Below, in pieces: positions 60,610 to 64,000 of a DNA stretch of 64,000 nucleotides. Source of the DNA: Candidatus Latescibacterota bacterium (GTDB taxonomy: Bacteria; Latescibacterota; UBA2968); contig OZ220741.1 of assembly GCA_965116885.1 (NCBI GenBank), positions 224,001 to 288,000 on the forward strand, read 5' to 3'. A program made the translations under genes and the position numbers. Each line of letters opens with the position of its first letter. Within the stretch, counting starts at the first letter, position 1. The notes under the pieces are model-generated. The model ran no database searches. It had not been told where the DNA came from and saw only the letters and a program-made list of their open reading frames with translations.

Positions 60610-62805
60610 TCAAGTCAGGCAATCCTCATCCGACAAAATCTTGTACGACGACATAAACGGCACATAAAAAGAGGCAAACGACTTGGGACCCGAACCATCG
60701 AAAAGCACGGTATCACCAACGATATCCTTGACAATGCGCTTGCCACTACGATTACCACCCGGACGCATGGATTTCATCATGCGCTCGGCCTGTTCCAAAA
60801 AGCGTTTATCGCCCGAATGCTCATACGCATGACACAGCGCTTCCATTTCCCGAGGACCGCCCGCCCTCCGCTGGAGACTGGGCAATTCCTTGTAAAAAAA
60901 GCGACCATCGGGCATCACACAGTGATCGAGCAAATCGCCCATCTCCGCCACAATCAGTGGTGGAATCCGATCATCTCCCGTCGCAGTATAATACCGATGC
61001 AGTGCATTGATCGCTATGGAAATCATAAAAGGAACGCGCACCAGCGTATGCGCGGTATAAGGCGCGAGAAAAGCCCCCCACTTTTCTTTCCACTCGATAA
61101 ATTGCTCGGCAATCCTGCGACACGCATCGAGGTATTTTTCTTCCCTTGTCTCGATATACACGGCAATCAAACCGCGCATCGCCCAGCCAGTCTCGCGGGC
61201 TTGCTGCCCCCCGGCGCGAGAAAATTTGGGCGACTCGAGATGGCGGATCATATTATCCGCAATGGAAATCGCCTTTTCGCGAGCCTCCCGTTTGCCGGTC
61301 ATGTGATAATAATCCAGCAACCCCTCGGTCCACTCGTGCGAAGGCGTTACACCGCCCGTCACATGCCCCGCCGTATGAATGGGTTGCCCACCCATCTTGA
61401 GTGGATCATCGCTATAATGGCAAAAATCCACATCAATCCAGTGCTGTGCAGCCACACACGCCGCATCTCTAAACCGGCGCTCGCCCGTCTTCGCATAGAG
61501 CAAAAACATCGCATGTGGAAAATCGTATTCATTATTGGTCCACACCAGTTCCCCTTTGCCGCGCCCCTGCTGCGTGTACCCGTGATCCGGACCATCGCCC
61601 CAGTGCATCATCCCAAGACCCTGATTGCGCCCATCCGCCATATTGATAATACTGGCTTCAATATCCCAATTTTTATTCGTGGGAAAGAGATTCTCCCACA
61701 CATTGGCTTCGCGATACCAGGACTCGGGCAGAATACCGATATCCGGATATTGAAATTGGAGCGACTGCACAACCACATCGTCCAGAGACATAGCAGAAGT
61801 GTGAAAATAAAATTGCATGCGATGGGTCTTGGCTACGCCCTGCAAAACCTTGACGGGATCCTGACTCGCGGGATAAATATCCAGATCAATACCATCTTCG
61901 CCAACTGCAATCCCCTTGGGAAAATTTTGATGCGCTTGAAAAGGCGTAATACAAACGCCCTTTTCAGCATCGCACCAGTCTGCCCAGAAATCTCCGTAAA
62001 ACGTATCAAGTACGTGTTCAACAGACTGAAAAAGAATCGTCTCAGCATCCAGAAGACGCGCATTTGCCCCCTCTGTAAGATCGGTGCGATAATAACCCTC
62101 TCCAGTAGCGCATCGCACATCGCCCGCACCCGACGCGGCGAACTTCAGCGCAATCTCTGACACATCAACACTCGCCACCTTCTCTCGATTGATAAACTGA
62201 TAATCCAGACGAATAAAGGGTTTTCCCGCCCATGCCTCGACAAGAACGCGCACATCGAACAGTGTGCCCGCATCGACAACATGCTTACCCGCACACTCAA
62301 CCAGACTTCGCACGGGACCTGACTCCAAAACAGTAATGGTATCGATATTGGCGAGATACGATCCACCTTCTGCATCGGTTATACCAAAAGAAGCATTAGC
62401 ACCAAACCATTCAATATCATTTACGCGAATCGCCTTAAAAAGATCTGTCCCAAGTCCAACATCAACAGAAAGAACACCTGTATCAACAGTATAGCAATCG
62501 CCCCGTTTCGTCACCGTGGTCCTCTGTTCCAGATCAGGCGAAACAATACTCCCATCAGTCGCAAAAGTGAGATCGTGTGCGCGGTTGCCGGGAAGATCAG
62601 CCAGAAAATGCGCCATAAGCCACTTGATCGACCCATCGTCCCAGCGCGCTGTAACATCAGTCTGAACCGCTATATCTGTTCCATCATTACAAATACCAAA
62701 TTGCCCAGAGTCGGTGAACCGTCCCTGGGCAAATGGAATACCGAGCGAAACGGGTTCGCCAATGCGGTCGTACATCGAAAGTTTGTCAAAATGAATCGTG
62801 GACAC
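60610..62805 (-). CDS. Large hypothetical carbohydrate-active protein (possible exo-rhamnogalacturonan lyase/GH127-like)
   Basis: EPV..GIPF..G, ARW.DGSIKW, NNEYD, H.W.EGL.DYY..TG, RE.GW; GTG start after GGAGG. Confidence 0.6.
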   Translation of the reverse strand: MSTIHFDKLSMYDRIGEPVSLGIPFAQGRFTDSGQFGICNDGTDIAVQTDVTARWDDGSIKWLMAHFLADLPGNRAHDLTFATDGSIVSPDLEQRTTVTKRGDCYTVDTGVLSVDVGLGTDLFKAIRVNDIEWFGANASFGITDAEGGSYLANIDTITVLESGPVRSLVECAGKHVVDAGTLFDVRVLVEAWAGKPFIRLDYQFINREKVASVDVSEIALKFAASGAGDVRCATGEGYYRTDLTEGANARLLDAETILFQSVEHVLDTFYGDFWADWCDAEKGVCITPFQAHQNFPKGIAVGEDGIDLDIYPASQDPVKVLQGVAKTHRMQFYFHTSAMSLDDVVVQSLQFQYPDIGILPESWYREANVWENLFPTNKNWDIEASIINMADGRNQGLGMMHWGDGPDHGYTQQGRGKGELVWTNNEYDFPHAMFLLYAKTGERRFRDAACVAAQHWIDVDFCHYSDDPLKMGGQPIHTAGHVTGGVTPSHEWTEGLLDYYHMTGKREAREKAISIADNMIRHLESPKFSRAGGQQARETGWAMRGLIAVYIETREEKYLDACRRIAEQFIEWKEKWGAFLAPYTAHTLVRVPFMISIAINALHRYYTATGDDRIPPLIVAEMGDLLDHCVMPDGRFFYKELPSLQRRAGGPREMEALCHAYEHSGDKRFLEQAERMMKSMRPGGNRSGKRIVKDIVGDTVLFDGSGPKSFASFYVPFMSSYKILSDEDCLT

Positions 62806-62989
62806 AATTCCTCCCTTGAGATCATCATACCAATCTGCTTTCCACCGAATATATTTTAAATCTCGACCCCATGCAACAACGCGATAAACTTGACAGCTTG
62901 ACGGAGTATCGTTTTGTCTTATATTATCGCCACGCAGTTGGATTTTGAAGTCTCTATCTCCTCCACAATCCAATAGAAAGGATTACACT

Positions 62990-63622
62990 ATGTCATTGCA
63001 GTTAGGCGATGTTGCCCCCGACTTTACAGCAGAAACCACGGAAGGCACCATCAATTTTCACGAATGGTTGGGTGATGGCTGGGGCATTCTGTTTTCCCAT
63101 CCCGCCGACTTTACGCCGGTATGCACCACCGAATTGGGCGCCATGGCAAATATCAAAGAGGAATTTGACAAGCGCGGCGTCAAAGTCTTGGCCATCAGCG
63201 TTGATCCCCTCGAATCGCATGAAGGCTGGATTAGCGACATCAACGAAACGCAAAATGCAACCGTCAATTATCCCATGATCGCCGACCCCGACCGCCAGGT
63301 AGCCGACCTCTACGAAATGATCCATCCCAATGCAGATAACACCCTGACCGTGCGATCGGTATTTGTAATTGGACCCGACAAAACAATCAAACTGATGCTC
63401 ACCTACCCGGCATCTACGGGCCGCAACTTCGACGAAATCCTGCGCGTAGTCGATTCTCTACAACTGACAGCCAAACACAGTTTGGCCACGCCCGTGAACT
63501 GGCGACCCGGCGAAGACGTGATCATCTCACCCACAGTTACAGACGAAGAAGCCGACGAACGCTTCCCCGGATACACCGCGGTGAAACCCTATTTGCGCGT
63601 CATACAGCAACCCGCTGAGTAA
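62990..63622 (+). CDS. 1-Cys peroxiredoxin (Prx6 family)
   Basis: FSHPADFTPVCTTELG, YP.STGRNF.E.LR, ATP.NW. Confidence 0.95.
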   Translation: MSLQLGDVAPDFTAETTEGTINFHEWLGDGWGILFSHPADFTPVCTTELGAMANIKEEFDKRGVKVLAISVDPLESHEGWISDINETQNATVNYPMIADPDRQVADLYEMIHPNADNTLTVRSVFVIGPDKTIKLMLTYPASTGRNFDEILRVVDSLQLTAKHSLATPVNWRPGEDVIISPTVTDEEADERFPGYTAVKPYLRVIQQPAE

Positions 63623-63645
63623 ACGACCATTCATCGGTAAAAAGC

Positions 63646-63679
63646 AAAAGGTCTGTGACACTTGTCACAGACCTTTTTT
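63646..63679. terminator. Bidirectional terminator
   Basis: AAAAGGTCTGTGACA-loop-TGTCACAGACCTTTTTT. Confidence 0.8.
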
Positions 63680-63696
63680 ATTTTTCTCATACCAAC

Positions 63697-64000
63697 CTAT
63701 TCATGCCGCAACGCTTCCACCGGATTGGACAGCGCCGCGCGAAGGGCGTGAAAACTCACAGTAAACAACGCAATCGCCAGGGCAACCGCGCCACTCAACA
63801 CAAATATCCACCACGAAAGATCCGTGCGATATTCAAAGCCGTCCAGCCAACTTCGCATCGCAAAATACGCAACCGGCCAGGCAAACAGATTTGCAATCAA
63901 AACCATAATCGCAAATGTCCTGGAAACCAAAATCACAATATTTGACACACTCGCACCCAAAACCTTTCGCACCCCGATCTCTTTCACCCGCTGCTCAACC
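63697..64000 (-). CDS. ABC transporter permease (MacB/FtsX type), C-terminal part
   Basis: KEIGVRKVLGAS...NPVEALRHE; starts beyond the right edge. Confidence 0.88.
   Translation of the reverse strand, partial: VEQRVKEIGVRKVLGASVSNIVILVSRTFAIMVLIANLFAWPVAYFAMRSWLDGFEYRTDLSWWIFVLSGAVALAIALFTVSFHALRAALSNPVEALRHE

Noticed and set aside
60817..62160. 447-aa plus-strand ORF and similar long antisense ORFs (e.g. 12421-13476, 19879-20955, 44749-45690)
   Set aside because: Shadow frames opposite well-supported genes, with no recognisable motifs.

Overview
Bacterial genomic DNA, gene-dense, with no rRNA, tRNA, CRISPR array or intact transposase/integrase that I can recognise. The many TPR and ankyrin proteins, sulfatases, FtsX-type permeases, a GWxTD protein and a DFxDFLxFxxxFG dockerin-like tail suggest a Latescibacterota/Gemmatimonadota-like organism (inference only). 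Highlights: (1) An AT-richer ~15 kb block (26.5-41.6 kb) bounded by a 41-bp direct repeat. It carries a candidate new RiPP system: a sigma54 promoter, a 64-aa precursor with two Cys and an Asp-rich tail, an RRE/radical SAM/SPASM maturase, then an ABC permease, beta-propeller lipoprotein, GT4, FMN-binding protein, redoxin and sugar epimerase. Its likely regulator is a ~1600-aa Ser/Thr kinase-AAA-TPR-GAF-sigma54 activator. (2) Two probable selenoproteins that the ORF track splits at in-frame UGA: a secreted UxxC redoxin with Ig-like and dockerin-like domains, and a rhodanese with Sec at the catalytic position. (3) An unannotated YcaO-like gene coupled to a TPR gene at the left edge. (4) An internally deleted arsC. 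(5) Several REP/MITE-like repeat families, some translated inside proteins. The rest is housekeeping and catabolic genes (rfbA, eno, TAXI-TRAP transporter, SDRs, CoA transferase, peroxiredoxin, a DUF4160/DUF2442 pair). All product calls come from motif recognition by eye, not database searches.
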